A stretch of 63,164 bases of DNA, the filler included, from Choristocarpus tenellus KU-1152 (lineage: Eukaryota > Protista > Phaeophyceae): the NCBI GenBank assembly GCA_964200185.2. It is 13 parts of 13 records of this genome, joined end to end, with 100 filler letters (N's around TTAATTAATTAA, not from the genome) between each part and the next. Parts side by side here need not be neighbours in the genome. Positions count along the whole stretch, not along the records: positions 19,330 to 28,770 come from CAXNAD020003674.1; positions 28,871 to 36,468 come from CAXNAD020005901.1; positions 36,569 to 42,530 come from CAXNAD020009306.1; 10 more parts are not named here. One strand, given 5' to 3'. This document shows positions 25,520-38,764 of this stretch, one piece after another. Below the pieces are notes generated by a model that worked only from the letters and a program-made list of their open reading frames with translations, made no database searches and had not been told where the DNA came from. Position numbers and translations under genes: made by a program. How positions within the stretch are numbered: position 1 is the stretch's first letter; every line of letters begins with the position of its first letter.

Positions 25520-26520
25520 CATCCTATCTATGAAGATGTGGTTAGTTGGATTCCTTGGCGCTTTTTGGATTAAATTAATTACTCGTCACTCCCATTCTCT
25601 CGTGAGGGCGTTCAAGATCACTTGATATCCATTGACAGAGACGCGTACATTGGGACCAAACTTGGTGGATTGAGGGAGTTGTTGGCTTTCGAACGATATA
25701 ATTTGCTTTTCTGAATTTTACATTTGAAAAAGTTATTAATAAAAAGTCGTAACGATACAGATTTACGGGATAGAGGAGTATATTGAGAAGACCCATCCCT
25801 GTGGAATTGACTGCTGCATTAATGATATATTTACCGATTGTTCGCCTCCTTTTTAAAGTGTATCAGTGTATGTATGTATCTATCTTGAGAGTCCACACTT
25901 TCTTTCAATTTCAAAGCACATTGTTTCCGCTTCACTTCTTCGATCGAGGGTTTGATCTCTTGTTTTGAAGGTCCTATACTATTGAATCACTGAGACAGGG
26001 TTCTACTCCTAATATTTTTTCGTAGTAATATTCAATAGTGGATTTAAGGTTTGATGCTTGCTTGTCAAGGGTTTTGAAGTTCGCAATAATATGGATGAGT
26101 TTGTAAGACATCTTGTGGGACAGAGAAGGTGTAACTGGGAGCCCATTCCTCCCCTGCAACGCCTTTTTTGTGAAATTGTTGAAAATCCAAGTCTCCATAT
26201 CTCGATGCTGACTATTCAATAGTGGGGGGGTGAGACAGGACTGTCCAGCAATATGTATGTAGCGAATCGGACTATTTTGGTCTGACAAACGGGTTTTCAA
26301 CATCCTTGGCGCCAGTAAAGGATATCTGGTTTGATAAGCTTTAAGGGACGCACACATGCATACTTCGTGGGTTCGATTTTCGCAAGGCTTTACAACCATA
26401 TGTACATATCATGAAAATAGCAGTGTTGTTGCCATAGCATGTTGGTGAAGTGAGACACCCACCCATTCATTGTTGGTAGGGTAGTCATTTTGATTTTCAA
26501 AGGGTTTTACACGTAAATCA
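25520..26520 (-). pseudogene. Possible decayed hAT transposase C-terminal region
   Basis: Fragments ENQNDYPT, LKTRLSD..HIAG..LTP and SSDLER..MG..SKKRQ occur in the order expected for a hAT catalytic tail and dimerisation domain; heavily degraded. Confidence 0.3.
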
Positions 26521-29184
26521 ATTCTTCTCTTCTAATGGATACCAGTGCTTCAACTTTATTTAAATTCCAAAAGAAAGTAAGACCTAAGGATGTGAATCGA
26601 AATGAATGATGAGGTTAAACTAGAGTGGTTCAAATCCTTCCGATCTACTATTAATTGATACAATCGAAGCGTACATTTGAGGAATTCCAGTGCAACGTGA
26701 GAGTAAATTCAAGTCAGGCCACATGATAGTATTATACTAATACTCAGTTATTTTTGTATTAATTAATATTTGAATTGCCAGGATTTATATTGTAAACCCA
26801 TACATACCAAACAAAAAAGTTACGTATTCTCAAGTTTTCTCGAGTCTACATCTGTCACACACAATCTGTCAAGACTGGACTGGACACTCGCAAATTAAAA
26901 CCAGGCGTTTAACCAGGTAACGCAGTTAGGATCTACAACAAGCCCTTCAACACATCTTTTGTACTTTGGTTCCATGTTGTATCCTATTCTACTATTGATC
27001 TCAATACAAATATATATATATATATATATCATACAGTGATATTTCAGAATTTAAAATAATTATATATGGTTGTGTTGTGTTTGGTGTTCGAGATGGTATG
27101 TGTTTAGTGTGTCAATACCTGAATAATCACACCTCCACACCCCATACATTACTGCCCCCCCCTCTGTCAATGCCACCAAGTACAGTAAACACACCCTTAA
27201 CTCTGAGAGGACTGTCAATAGTGACACACAATTGAGTTGTAATGAGCAGGGGCAGGGATGCTGTCTGTAGTGATAGTCCTGGTGTTAGAGACAAACACGA
27301 TAACCTAAGTGTGAGTGGTAGTAGCATTAGCGCTGGCATTGATGGCGAAAGCGGTGGTGACACTGGAAGTCATGTATCGAGAGGGCACCCAGACCAGGCC
27401 AGGTCGATATCTCCGTCCGTCGATTCAACTCCGCACAGTGGTGACCTTGGCTCATGGGCTGGTGGTACATTCGCCACCTCCTCGACTTTGAATCAGGGAA
27501 AGGTACCTGCACGCGCGCCAAAGCTCTATCTTGCGGAAGATATTATTGGAAACCGAAGGAGACCCACTGGCAAGGTGTCACCGATCTTCCAGCATAGCTC
27601 AGCCCCATCTCTCTCTTCCTTCCTGAACCTCATCTCTGGTAGTTTTCATCACCCCAGAACTTGGCCATGTGACATGCAAATTATTTCATTTTTCTTGTTG
27701 CTCTGCAAACTTTCTAATTTGACATGTCGCGAAATTACCAACCTGCATGCAACGCACGAGGATGACTTTCAATATCTCGAAAAGGGGGAACTTGGATTTA
27801 GCTGGACCTTATCACTCTTGTCACCACCCTTAGGGAGTATAATTTCTTCTGGCCATGATCAATCCATAGTCTGACAGTGTTGACATTCGTGGTTTTGGTG
27901 GTTACAAGAGTATTTGGCTTTGCACTTGCATCCTCCCCTTTCCTTGGAAATAACTTAACTACAGTCGGAAGTCTCCGCTGCTTTCACACCAAGTGAACAA
28001 ATGAGTCACGTGTCGAATGTCGGACTTCTGGAGTGTCGTTTCTAGCTTTCTAAAATCAAGTTGTACAGCTTACAACTACCTGTGGAAAATCATCAAGTTC
28101 AACAACCTTGCGTCAACAATACATGGGAAGATGAAAACCACACAACAAATTTGGCAATGCAACATACCTTAACTCGATCAAATCGTCTAACCACAGCATC
28201 AACTGTACTCCTAAATGGTAACCCCGAAAACCCGATCAACTACTTTGAAATACAGGTACCACAATGGAGGTGTGAGTTATGTAGGACTCAGCATCAATAT
28301 CAAATTCAAAACAACAGCACCGATCTTTCAACGTCTACCTTCACCCCCTCTACATTACTTCATTGACTAATAATATTGCATTATCTGATTTTATGATCCC
28401 TATAGAATTTCGTACCCATGTTATTAAACTAACCATCTGTACTGATACAATGGTAACTTCAATCAAATGAGGAAGCACAAGGATTTCAACTGTTGATTAA
28501 TACCAAGTAATACTACACATAAGTTTTGTATATTATAAGCATCATATGTTCAAACCTTCCCCACATGTTTCAAACTCCTGACAGGTTGCAAAATTTCTAA
28601 CCTTCGTGCAACGCGCCAGGATTCAGTTTCTATAAGTCAGGAAAGAGGATTTAGAATGTTACTCAAGCTCTGTCACTCTTCTACCCACCCTTAGGGAATA
28701 CCCCCCCCCCCCTAACCCCCGTTCACCCCATCGTTCCCACCTACTACTAGCGGTCCTAGTGGTTCTTTTTNNNNNNNNNNNNNNNNNNNNNNNNNNNNNN
28801 NNNNNNNNNNNNNNTTAATTAATTAANNNNNNNNNNNNNNNNNNNNNNNNNNNNNNNNNNNNNNNNNNNNTTTTAGATTAAGTCTCCCCTGTCGGACCGG
28901 CGTGGGTTTGTCGGGTGGGCCCCCCCCCCCCCCCCCCCAGATACTCTAGGCCTGTGCCTTTGGCCTTGAATTTTTTACATACTAGTTGGCCGCCCAACCT
29001 ACACCATTGGTCCTTCTTCTTCTGCCCTCCTCCAGTTCATGAATAGCTCCCCTGTGTTGAGGTTTGTAGCTCTGGAGGCAGTTTCTTGGGTGACTTTGGG
29101 GCACTCCATTTGATCTTAGCTTCTCAAAAGGCCCCATTTTCCGCCCAGACTGAACTTAGAGTTATGTTGAGCATTTACCCCCTT

Positions 29185-29272
29185 GTATTATCAATTGGTT
29201 GTATTATTGATTGGTTTATTATCAATTGGTTGTATTATCAATTGGTTATATTATCAATTGATTGGTTGATCA
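29185..29272. repeat. Degenerate ~16-bp tandem repeat
   Basis: TATTATCAATTGGTTG, about 5 imperfect copies. Confidence 0.85.
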
Positions 29273-29830
29273 ATGAACGCATCAATGTGGTTCACAGTAT
29301 GTAGTTTGGTACGCGAAGGGATAATGCTCAAATTTAATACAGATGTTGTCATGATGGAAAAAGATGTAACATAGAGCATGCTTGGATCTGTGGTCAGAAT
29401 GGCAATGTACAAAAAGAGAATAAAAATGTGCATGTGTTTGTATGTGTGTGTGTTAATAGATAGTACATATACACTCCAAAAAGAGGGACTAGGTATTGGC
29501 CGTCGACCCAGCGGGCTTGATCGTTGCCCACTGCCTCACACGCTTCACTTTCTTTTGCCCAATCATAAGATAAGAGTTCAGCTACCTCGGACTCTCTTGA
29601 CTCTTACACGAAAGGGTATATGTGGCATATGGATTGACAATGTAATCTTATCTTGGTACTCAGTCCCATTCACTCTCCTCTTGAGTATCCAGACACGCTC
29701 AAGGCTCATGGACTTGTGGGGCTTTGCTTGTGTGGGTTCCCCGCCTTCCGTTGTAGAAAAAAGAAATTTGACCGTGCAATTAGTCCCTTGAATTTTTCAG
29801 TTGAGCATTGTTGGTATACTCTGGAGTACT

Positions 29831-30072
29831 TCGAAGTGTTCCATATAGGGGTTCAATATCGAAGTGTTCCATATAGGGGTTCAATATCGAAGTGTTCCAT
29901 ATAGGGGTTCAATATCGAAGTGTTCCATATAGGGGTTCAATATCGAAGTGTTCCATATAGGGGTTCAATATCAAAGTGTTCAATATAGGAGTGTTTAATA
30001 TCAAAGAATTCAAGATAGGAGTGTTCAACATCAAGTTTAATATCAAATTATTCAATATCGTAGTATTCAATA
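29831..30072. repeat. Minisatellite: 5 perfect 28-mers (29831-29970) grading into degenerate 12-15-mers
   Basis: TCGAAGTGTTCCATATAGGGGTTCAATA x5, then TCAAAGTGTTCAATA and TAGGAGTGTTTAATA variants. Confidence 0.95.
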
Positions 30073-30153
30073 TACTAGGGATTCAACTGTTACAATTCAC
30101 TACACCATATTCCTTGAGTGATCTCTTCCCTCTTGCCTCCACACGCCCTCAAG

Positions 30154-30303
30154 TCCAAGACGGTATCGGTGATAGACAAGACCAGCATGAAGGAATACGT
30201 GGCCCGTTTTGAGGACACTTTTCTCAAGGGATTATCGCACAACACTCGAGCAAGGATTCGTGAGAGGGCAGAGCGCAAGGCTGCTTCCACGATTGACTTC
30301 TGA
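30154..30303 (+). CDS. Probable terminal exon of an unknown gene
   Basis: Pyrimidine tract and AAG acceptor, then SKTVSVIDKTSMKEYVARFEDTFLKGLSHNTRARIRERAERKAASTIDF-stop with coding-like composition. Confidence 0.5.
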   Translation, partial: SKTVSVIDKTSMKEYVARFEDTFLKGLSHNTRARIRERAERKAASTIDF

Positions 30304-30800
30304 GGAACTGAACCATGATTGACTTCTTGGGAAGTAAAGAAGGGATAATATATAGGATGACAAGATTGATCTGCGGATGCTTTATTACATTGACAGCTTG
30401 AAAGCCTGATGTACTTGAGATGTTGGGATTCGTGTGAGAATCACCTTCTCTGTTCCTCCGCCGTTCAACCCTCTGTGTTATCACTTTCACACAGGCACAT
30501 CATTCTTACGGGTCTGATAGGTCTCTGACTTGTTCGCAGGAACCAAGTTGAAAGGTAGTATTGAGTAAGAAATGTCGCTCATCTGCTTAAATGCCTTACT
30601 GTTTTGTTGTTGTTTTTTCCAGTGTTGTCCTGGTGTATAGAGAAGCAGTAATGCCACCAGCAGTAATACCCAACCCAACGCCATGAGTAATTGTTGAGAG
30701 GCAACCCCATACTGAGTGACCGTCAAGGTAGGACTGTACTATTCATAATGGCAGGGATACATATTTCAAAGCAATTCATCAACACATGGAATGAAGTAAA

Positions 30801-31058
30801 GACCCAAAGCATTTTAAGAGGGTAGAAGTTTTGCCCTGTTTGTCCGATGGGGCTTGGATTCCCACGGGTTTTTTATGCCCCTTTTGTGTTTTCTGTGTTA
30901 ACACAGTTACCTAAAATGGATACGACTATGAAAGGTGTGTCCTTAGCAAGGATATTGACACTTCCTAACAAACACGATAGCCAAAATTCGTCAAAATTGC
31001 AACGTTGGATTTATGATCCCGAACGGACGCAGCCCTACCCTCTTAAATGCTTTGGGTG
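30801..31058 (+). mobile_element. MITE family A variant subfamily
   Basis: TIRs GACCCAAAGCATTTTAAGAGGGTAG / CTACCCTCTTAAATGCTTTGGGTG; the internal hairpin is replaced. Confidence 0.85.
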
Positions 31059-33099
31059 AAAAACAATGCCCGACCCTACTATAGTAACACCATTCCAGGA
31101 CAAGTGGACGGAAAGGTCCTGGTTGAAATTTTCTTTGATTGTATTATATGTGGGGGTGAAAAGGGCTGACATTAGGAGAATTGTCCTGAATGGTAAACTA
31201 TCTGTCTCACTGCTGCTGACCAATATTCATCTCGCATTGAATAATTACAACAGAAGAAGCAACAGTTACCAACTCAATATTGCTCTTGGTATTTGTTCAA
31301 ATTACCATTATACTTCATATTATACTACAAATATGTGTACTATATTGCCCACACTGACATTTTGAAGATGTTATGGGGGAGAAGCACATAGTCAAAAGTC
31401 ATACTGTCACTACAGTGAATGTTGGTTAAGATAAGATAAACATAACCAGGAACATCAAGGACATAGTCAAAAGTCATATTGTTACTGCAGTGACTGTGGA
31501 TCAAAATAAAAGATAAACATTACCAGGAACATCGTGCACACAAACATACATAAAGTATAGCTTACCACCTGCCCAACGACACAAAAGGGGGTAAATCCTA
31601 GTTATTTCCTCAACCGTAACCCTTGCCAAGGACATCATGCAATTAGTGTGTGGGGTGTGTTCGAGTTCAACTTGATTTGGTTTCAATCATCTGTGCAACA
31701 ACAGATCAATGCACAGACCCGACCATCTACTCTCGTCCACGATCCTATCTTTTTTTCTTTTCTTTTTATTGAAATAAATACTAGGCGAGAAGAAAGGTGC
31801 GATCTATCTAGAAAAAAACGCTATTCTTGTGAAATGTATGGCTTAATCGGTACCATTCGAATTAATTCATTGAAACAAGACATCAAGGGGGAATTTTCAC
31901 TTATTTTCTCATGCATGTATGACATCTGTTCGCAGAGCCCCAAAACAATGGCTGGGGATTGGATCTCCTCATCCATACTTTTGTTGGAATCAAGTACAAA
32001 GAGTTTTTTTAGTCGACTTAACGTAAACGTTTGAGAGGTTTACAAAATACTAGGAAATAGCTCATCCACATAAACACACTTCAGGAGAATGGTTTGAAGC
32101 CTTTGGATCATGTGCCCTTCTTCTGTGTAGAGATTTATGCAGTACAGAGTGATGAAATTGAACAGGCATCATACAGCCCATTTCTGTTTTCCTTCGCCAC
32201 CAGCTGTTCAAGCATATCTAAGTGATGTTTGTTTGAGGGGCAAGCAGTTTGGAGGTTTGCTGGCCAAGAATCCCTCCTAATACCTGCTATCGTATGTATC
32301 ACACACCATTCTGAGCTCTGCCATGACGGTTCATTTCGTTTGTGCAGCTTCACAAGAAGCAAAACATAGTAACTGGGTATTAGTGCCAGTGATGCCTGCT
32401 GGCCTATGCAAATTTGTTAGTACACACTTCCCTCTTTCACGTTGTGTGCATGGTACAAGTACAGTTCTGCTTATTGGTGGTGCTGGCATTCACAATTAAA
32501 TACTACTATAATGTTAGTGGTTTTTATGTCAGTGCCAAGCAAGACGATAGTGACTATACAGTTCCTTTGTGTTCTCTACTAACCAAAAGGGTGATTTGTA
32601 GGTAGTACTATATTGCTTGAGGTACAATACAAACTAGTGGTGAGGATGTTGGAGGACCATGGCTTGACCATGAAGCTCACACACACACACACACACACAC
32701 AATTATCTTTATCTGGGCAGAATAATATCAATCTGCAAAAGAAAGCCCCTGTAGACAGTCAGATTTATTTCTACCGATCTGGTGAGGCAGATCAATCAAT
32801 ACATGATATGCAATGAGTAAACCACATATTTCCTCGACCCCAATTAATTGCAACGAAGATTCTAGAAATTATGGCGATCACTTCATTAGGCACTAATTTC
32901 GTCTCTTTATAACTTTCCAGGTTCAAATGCTTGAGTCGTCACAACGATGCAAAGATAAAGGACATACAAGGAGGATAAGGTGCACCTAGGAAACACAAGA
33001 CCCTGGAATTTTTTAACACATTCCATAGAAAAAGTTACGTAAATACAAACAACCCACACTTAAGTCAAAGCTGACGGTCATAAGTATTGATCATTTTTT

Positions 33100-33758
33100 C
33101 TATGTGTTCTTGCATCTTGCTTCAGCGAACTTTCTCATTATCGCTCTGCGATGGCCAACGCGAAACTCTGAAAGATCGTCTTCTGTCAACAGAGCCAGCA
33201 GGTCCAAACTGTCAAAACCCTCACTAACCAGGTTCCCAGCATACTTTCTTCGATCATCCTCTGTCAAGTTTGGTATAATTTCGACCAGCCAGTTCCCGAC
33301 AAAATCGAGACGACCAACGATGTTTTGGTTGATGGCGGTAGCGGACTTGTCCACATTGGCGACTTGGTTTGCCACTTCCGTACTGATATCCACCCTGTCA
33401 AACCCCACCTTTTTGTTGCACTGGAGTTCGCGAACCTGGTGGTAGTAGTCCATTTGCTTCACCTCCTTCAGTGGATAATGAGAGCGGAAGGTGATGTTGT
33501 TGCAGATGCACATATAGTTGCTCAACATGCATGGTGCCAAAGGTATTTGAAGTAGCAGGGGAGTAGTTATTGGAGCGACCAACTCACCTCCCATCCATGT
33601 CTCAAGAGTCTTTCCTTGCGGACCTTGTCTCTCACCCCTCTTCCCTCCACGAACTTCAATCGTACGACGTCCGCCCAGACCCGTCGCTGGTCATCGGAAG
33701 GTATTTTTCGCACACATCGAAAACATGCTCTATACAGGGATACAACTTTCTCCGTCAT
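33100..33758 (-). CDS. LYR-motif protein with a C-terminal SAM domain, 178 aa (exons 33758-33588, 33465-33100)
   Basis: MTEKVVSLYRACFR...VRLKF (LYR pattern), a phase-0 GT..AAG intron of 122 bp, then VGNWLVEIIPNL..KYAGNLVSEGFDSLDLLALLTEDDLSEFRVGHRRAI (SAM pattern) and a stop. Confidence 0.85.
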
Positions 33759-34066
33759 ATGAAACTACAAAGTAGCTGTCTGCAACTTATGTAGATCTAG
33801 CAATACATTTTCCACTGCACGGTAGAGTCCCTACTAAACGACTGTTATCCTGGTCTTCCTGCCATGGGCTGAGTGAGACTACTTCAATTGCCTGACTACT
33901 TCCAAATATCAATATCCTATAGTGTGGGTGTTCCATATCTTTACTTGGCCTGTTGTTTTGGTTTGGATTATGATATTTCACTTCATAATATGTTAGGACA
34001 GGAAACAAGTGTTGCTGCAAATGTGACAGGAAAGGGATACAGGGGTTGGGTGAAATTAGGTTGGGA
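33759..34066. promoter_or_regulatory. Putative bidirectional promoter / 5' UTR region
   Basis: 308 bp between the divergent ATGs of the LYR-SAM and RING genes; positional inference only. Confidence 0.5.
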
Positions 34067-36357
34067 ATGAGCATTATGGCGAAGCATTCATTTCCCAATT
34101 GCTCAATTTGCCTGTCCGGGCTCACATCTCAGCTGGCAGCAACACCATGCGGTCACATCTTCCACCACGATTGGTGAGATACTAGTATGCATCAGTGTAC
34201 AAGGGCAAATCATGAATACTGTAGGGATCATTTCCCTGGCCGAAGCTCCCCTGTACTTGTCGGAGGGCTCTTGGTGTGATTAAATTGGGCAACTGTCGAA
34301 CCTATGTAGTGAATTTTCCTCCCAGTTCTGATGTATTCAAGATGTCAACCGTTAACCACACCATGCTATCCTAAACGAATCCAATAAACCGCCATCGACC
34401 TGATCATCGTACACCAATGCACTAAAGCATCAACCAGTGGGTCCTGTATCATAGTAAATCTTGCCCTGAATGCAAGACACCCACGCCGGGAAACCTCCTA
34501 CGTCTCTTCTTTGAGGCCGGGGTGAGCGGTCAAGAGGAAGATAGTCTGGTCGTCGTGCCAGATTCTGGGATTAGGAACAGCGAACACCAGAGTTCGAGGG
34601 ACGAAGGAGAGTCGGTACATACAGGGGAAGTTGCAGATCTACGTCAGGCTATTGCAGCAAAGACCAATGTGAGAGAAACGAGTGCCAATGTTGATATCTC
34701 CCGCTCCAACTGAGCAAACCTCAATGGATGCCATATACACCCTCACTCCTGATCATTCCTGATCATTTGCCACGCATGTTGTTTCATGATCTTCCAGATT
34801 ATGATGTGTGCTTTATGATATGTAGAGGGTGCGCGCTTTTCTAGTTTGATGTTGTGCGTGTATTTCATCCCGCCTCCAGTCTATCTTGCGCTATGCATTG
34901 GTGTCAACTCTGTCACCTTCCCTGCCGATTGGACCACTGTCAGATTCTGGAGCAGTTGCACAATACGGTATTGGAAATCACAGGGAAAACAGATGAGATG
35001 GCGGCGGACCTAATGCTCTGGCGCGAGAGACACCGGGTGATCCAGGCAGCGAAGTTGGCGTCAGAGAGCAACCATGCCGCTATATTGAGGAGTAAGGAGA
35101 TCGAGTTGGTAAGGGTAGTGCATGGAGAATACAATGATTTTTCCGAACAATAGGGAGGTAAAACGTACGTGTCATTGATCAAGATGCTGTGTGGCCTTCA
35201 TGATGTTGCTAGGGTCCATGACGAAGTTGTTTATTCCTCCAAGGTGAAACCACTGCAGAGGTAGAGCTATTATTTCTTAAAAACCACAACAATTTCTTCC
35301 TCAGTCGATAAGTGTTTTTTTGTCAATTGCAGTTGAAGGTTCAGTTGGGCTGACCTGCTGAGGGCTGGAAACATTGAGGAGATAGCGGTGTTCCATGTTA
35401 AGCAAGAGTTCTGTTACCAACCATCAGCGCCTCTTTTGTGAACTTGTTTCAGAGCATGTGACTTGGTGTTCTAGCTCATGAATGAGGTAGAGATTGTAGT
35501 TTTACCACCGCATTTGTGCTATCTCACCGATACAAAGGAAGAGAAATCATGGAGGGAAGCTTAGGAGACTGCATCCTTCCTCCACATTATTCCAAACTAT
35601 TGGTAGTGTGACAGTGCATGGTGTCTGTCCTCAATTGCTTGTATGCCCACCACATGTCAACCCTTGTGCAAGATAGAGTTACGAGATTGTCAACCCCTTT
35701 TGTGTTCCCCCCAAATTAAAAAGGTCTTTCTTCTTGTAGTCCTGACCCCCCTTGTCTTAGGGTTATGGCGATATGTAAACTTCACACAAATGAAGAAATA
35801 GACGAAAGAAAAGGACATGCTTGAGAACAGTTTTCAGTTAATACTTGTTTGATTTACTGTAGTGTGGTACAATGACACAGATCCAGTGGAGAACATTAGG
35901 TCTAGGTAGATTACATACTTTGGCACTTGCAACCTTGAGAGATGGAACTGACTCTGAAGCTAGAATGTGTGAAGTGAACCATGTACAAATGGATTTGGAT
36001 TCTCAGAGGACTGCATTACACACACTCCTGCCTCTCTGTTCTCTTAACCATGTGTCCCTGATTCTGGTATTTTTAATCATTATTCAACTCTGTGATGTGC
36101 GTATACATGGAAAACATGATCCATATATATATATGTATATGTGTATTGTGTGTATGTGTATATATGTATGTATGTATTATGTCACTCAACAGTGCAAGAG
36201 GGAGAAGGAGGCAAACAAACTCCGCAGGGAGAAGCTTGAGCTAGAGAAACAGCTTGACCGGCATGAAAGCTTACACCGACAGAAGGAATACACACTGCAG
36301 TTCAAGGATGATGTAAAGCTGTCTTCCTCAGGCACACCAGGGGGGACACTTGGGCAG
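34067..36357 (+). CDS. TRAIP: RING-H2 E3 ubiquitin ligase with coiled coil, TRAIP-like, 5' part (exons 34067-34173, 34428-34668, 34944-35108, 36193-36357)
   Basis: Spliced CSICLSGLTSQLAATPCGHIFHHDC|INQWVLYHSKSCPECK..LLRLFF followed by coiled coil; the AAxxCGHxFH..QW..CPxC..LFF pattern is TRAIP-like. All exon phases are compatible. Orthology is not proven. Confidence 0.75.
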
Positions 36358-36406
36358 GTGCAATGAATGCTCTTGCCATTGTTCACGTCCCATCTCGCTC
36401 CCCCAG

Positions 36407-36465
<59 letters not shown>

Positions 36466-37331
36466 CCCNNNNNNNNNNNNNNNNNNNNNNNNNNNNNNNN
36501 NNNNNNNNNNNNTTAATTAATTAANNNNNNNNNNNNNNNNNNNNNNNNNNNNNNNNNNNNNNNNNNNNCTTATCAGAAAGAGACGGGGGGGCTCTTATCC
36601 CACAATCCCCTTTCCCTCTTTCTCTGTCGCATCTCCCCCGCTGCTCCCCCTCTTCTGAGAAACGGTCAAGAAGATAATAGATGCTAGGTTACCCTCTAGG
36701 TAGTCAGTTCACTACAATCACTACAACAACATGCTACAGTAAGCAGAGACAAGAACAGCATCATTCATCAGTATGTAACCACACACAGAGGTGATCAAGC
36801 AGTTACTAGCATGCAGACATGATCAATCTTGTGGCCTTATATAACCATTGCCCTAGTCCTCTTTCATCCATTCTATTGCTAGGTACCAACTTGTCACCTT
36901 GATCACATCCTCTGTGTGGCGAACAAGGGATGCCACCTGAGGTCCCATGCCGCCGCCTCTCACTAGCCCCCCTGCACCCCGTGTCACAACAATGCTACTA
37001 CCTCCCCCACTGTATATTGAGTTGTCCACACCATGTCCACATTAGTCCACATTAGTCCACATTGACCGCGATGTAGGGGGCAGAGTGTGTGGTGCAACGG
37101 TCAGCATGGTAAGGAAGGGGAAAAGTAAGGGTACTGAAGGATTCGCATGTCTGACCAAAAGCTGTGATCGCAAGGGATATATGGTTGTCTGGCTTGTTGC
37201 ACATCGAATACGTTAAGGACCAAAACATTGGTGCTAACCGTGCAGTGTTAGCAACAACAACTGCCCCAAACGCACCAAAGAGACGTATCAAGCAAATTTG
37301 AACATCACACACCAACTCATTCCTCCACATC

Positions 37332-38459
37332 TCAACCGTTTCTTCTTTCCACTTGGTCAGTTGGTGGTTCCTCACACGTGTTGAACCCGACACAGCAGGA
37401 CGTTATTGGCTTGATCACCCTCATGTGACGTATATAAAAATGCTCAGACCATGCATACTCTTCACACAAATACCTGAGCTGGCGCGTGTCGAGCTCAATG
37501 ATGTCAGTAGGGCTGGCATCGAAGCTGAGGGTAATACCATCCGCCAACTTGGTGGTTGTCACGGGCATGTTCGTCTTGGGGACCCCGTCTCTGCTGTCGC
37601 TAGAAGAAGCCGTTACTCGCTTCTCCCCCCATTCATGCAGGTATTCGACGGCCCTTTCGATCTGTTTCGTGAGGGGACCCAACGGGAAGCGGGGATATAC
37701 ATGCAGCTAGATCAAGACAACACAGTTGAGGTCTTCATAGACTTCGCATCACTGAAGTCATTATAGGGACCAATCCTCCATACCTAGGAGAAACCTTTCC
37801 AAGAAGGATCTATCCAGCACCAACTTGGAGTTGGTGTTCCACCTGATCTAGACAAAAGCACTTCGAAACGTTGTGTCACTCACAACCAAGACTCGGATTT
37901 TCTTATGCCTCACCGGGACCTCTTGGAGTTCTATCTGAACGATCGTGGAAGGAGTGTCTTCAAGGCCGTACCCACCAACGCCGACGTTGCTACGGAATGA
38001 GCTACCTGGCACCTCTCCTTGTGGAGAATCAGGTACCTGCATCCGGAGAGTGCTGGTCCCACCCGGCATTTTTCGTAAGGGTAAGTGCCCCCAGCTTCCA
38101 CACAAATGAAGAGACCAGGCGCTTCCGCTCGTTCTTTTATGAGGGGTGTGTGCTACGACTCCTCCAGTCCAGTTGTGGCGGATGGAAGCAGGGTGGGAGA
38201 GTACACACTGTCTTGGCAGCACTGGTCCTCGTCCAGAAGGGGAGACAGGGAGAAACCCTTCAGACACACCACCCAGATATATAAGTGTCAGTACTGTTGA
38301 GGCAGTGAACGAGAACCAGGTGGAACGCGTGCCTCCATCAATCCTTGTTCGATACCGTTGGTTGGATGGTGGGTAGTCAAGGCAAACCTTGGTTGCCGCC
38401 TGACATGACCGACGTGCATCTCGATAACAGTCTGTTGCAGTAGAATACGAGTCCATCAC
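37332..38459 (-). CDS. Hypothetical protein with a signal-peptide+Phe presequence, putatively plastid-targeted (exons 38459-37914, 37706-~37474 or 37332)
   Basis: TVLTLIYLGGVSEG-FLPVSP followed by an S/R/P-rich stretch resembles heterokont bipartite targeting; phase-0 GT-AG intron 37913-37707. The 3' structure is uncertain. Confidence 0.6.
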
Positions 38460-38764
38460 TAATACAACCCGTCTTGAGGACCTAGTAGCGCTGTGGTGTC
38501 AGACACTACAGCTAACAGGACTCCAATTGCGTGCTATTGGTACTTGTAGCAGTTTGTAAGGTTGATGTAACAATGCAGACAAGAATCAGGTATAGCAACT
38601 CTAAATATAATACATCAATCGGGTACACTTCTTTCACAAAGATATTGGTTTGTTGTATCCTTACTCACCTCTTTGCAATCTTTACCATTGTGTTGCAAAC
38701 TACGAGATACAAGGTACTGGGTTACCTCATCAGATATTCCTTTTGGGAAATATTTGCAAGCTAT
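38460..38764. promoter_or_regulatory. Putative bidirectional promoter / 5' UTR region
   Basis: 305 bp between divergent predicted ATGs; positional inference only. Confidence 0.4.

Noticed and set aside
27242-27874. 210-aa ORF
   Set aside because: Low-complexity Ser/Gly start, no recognisable domain or splice support; may be antisense to decayed TE sequence.
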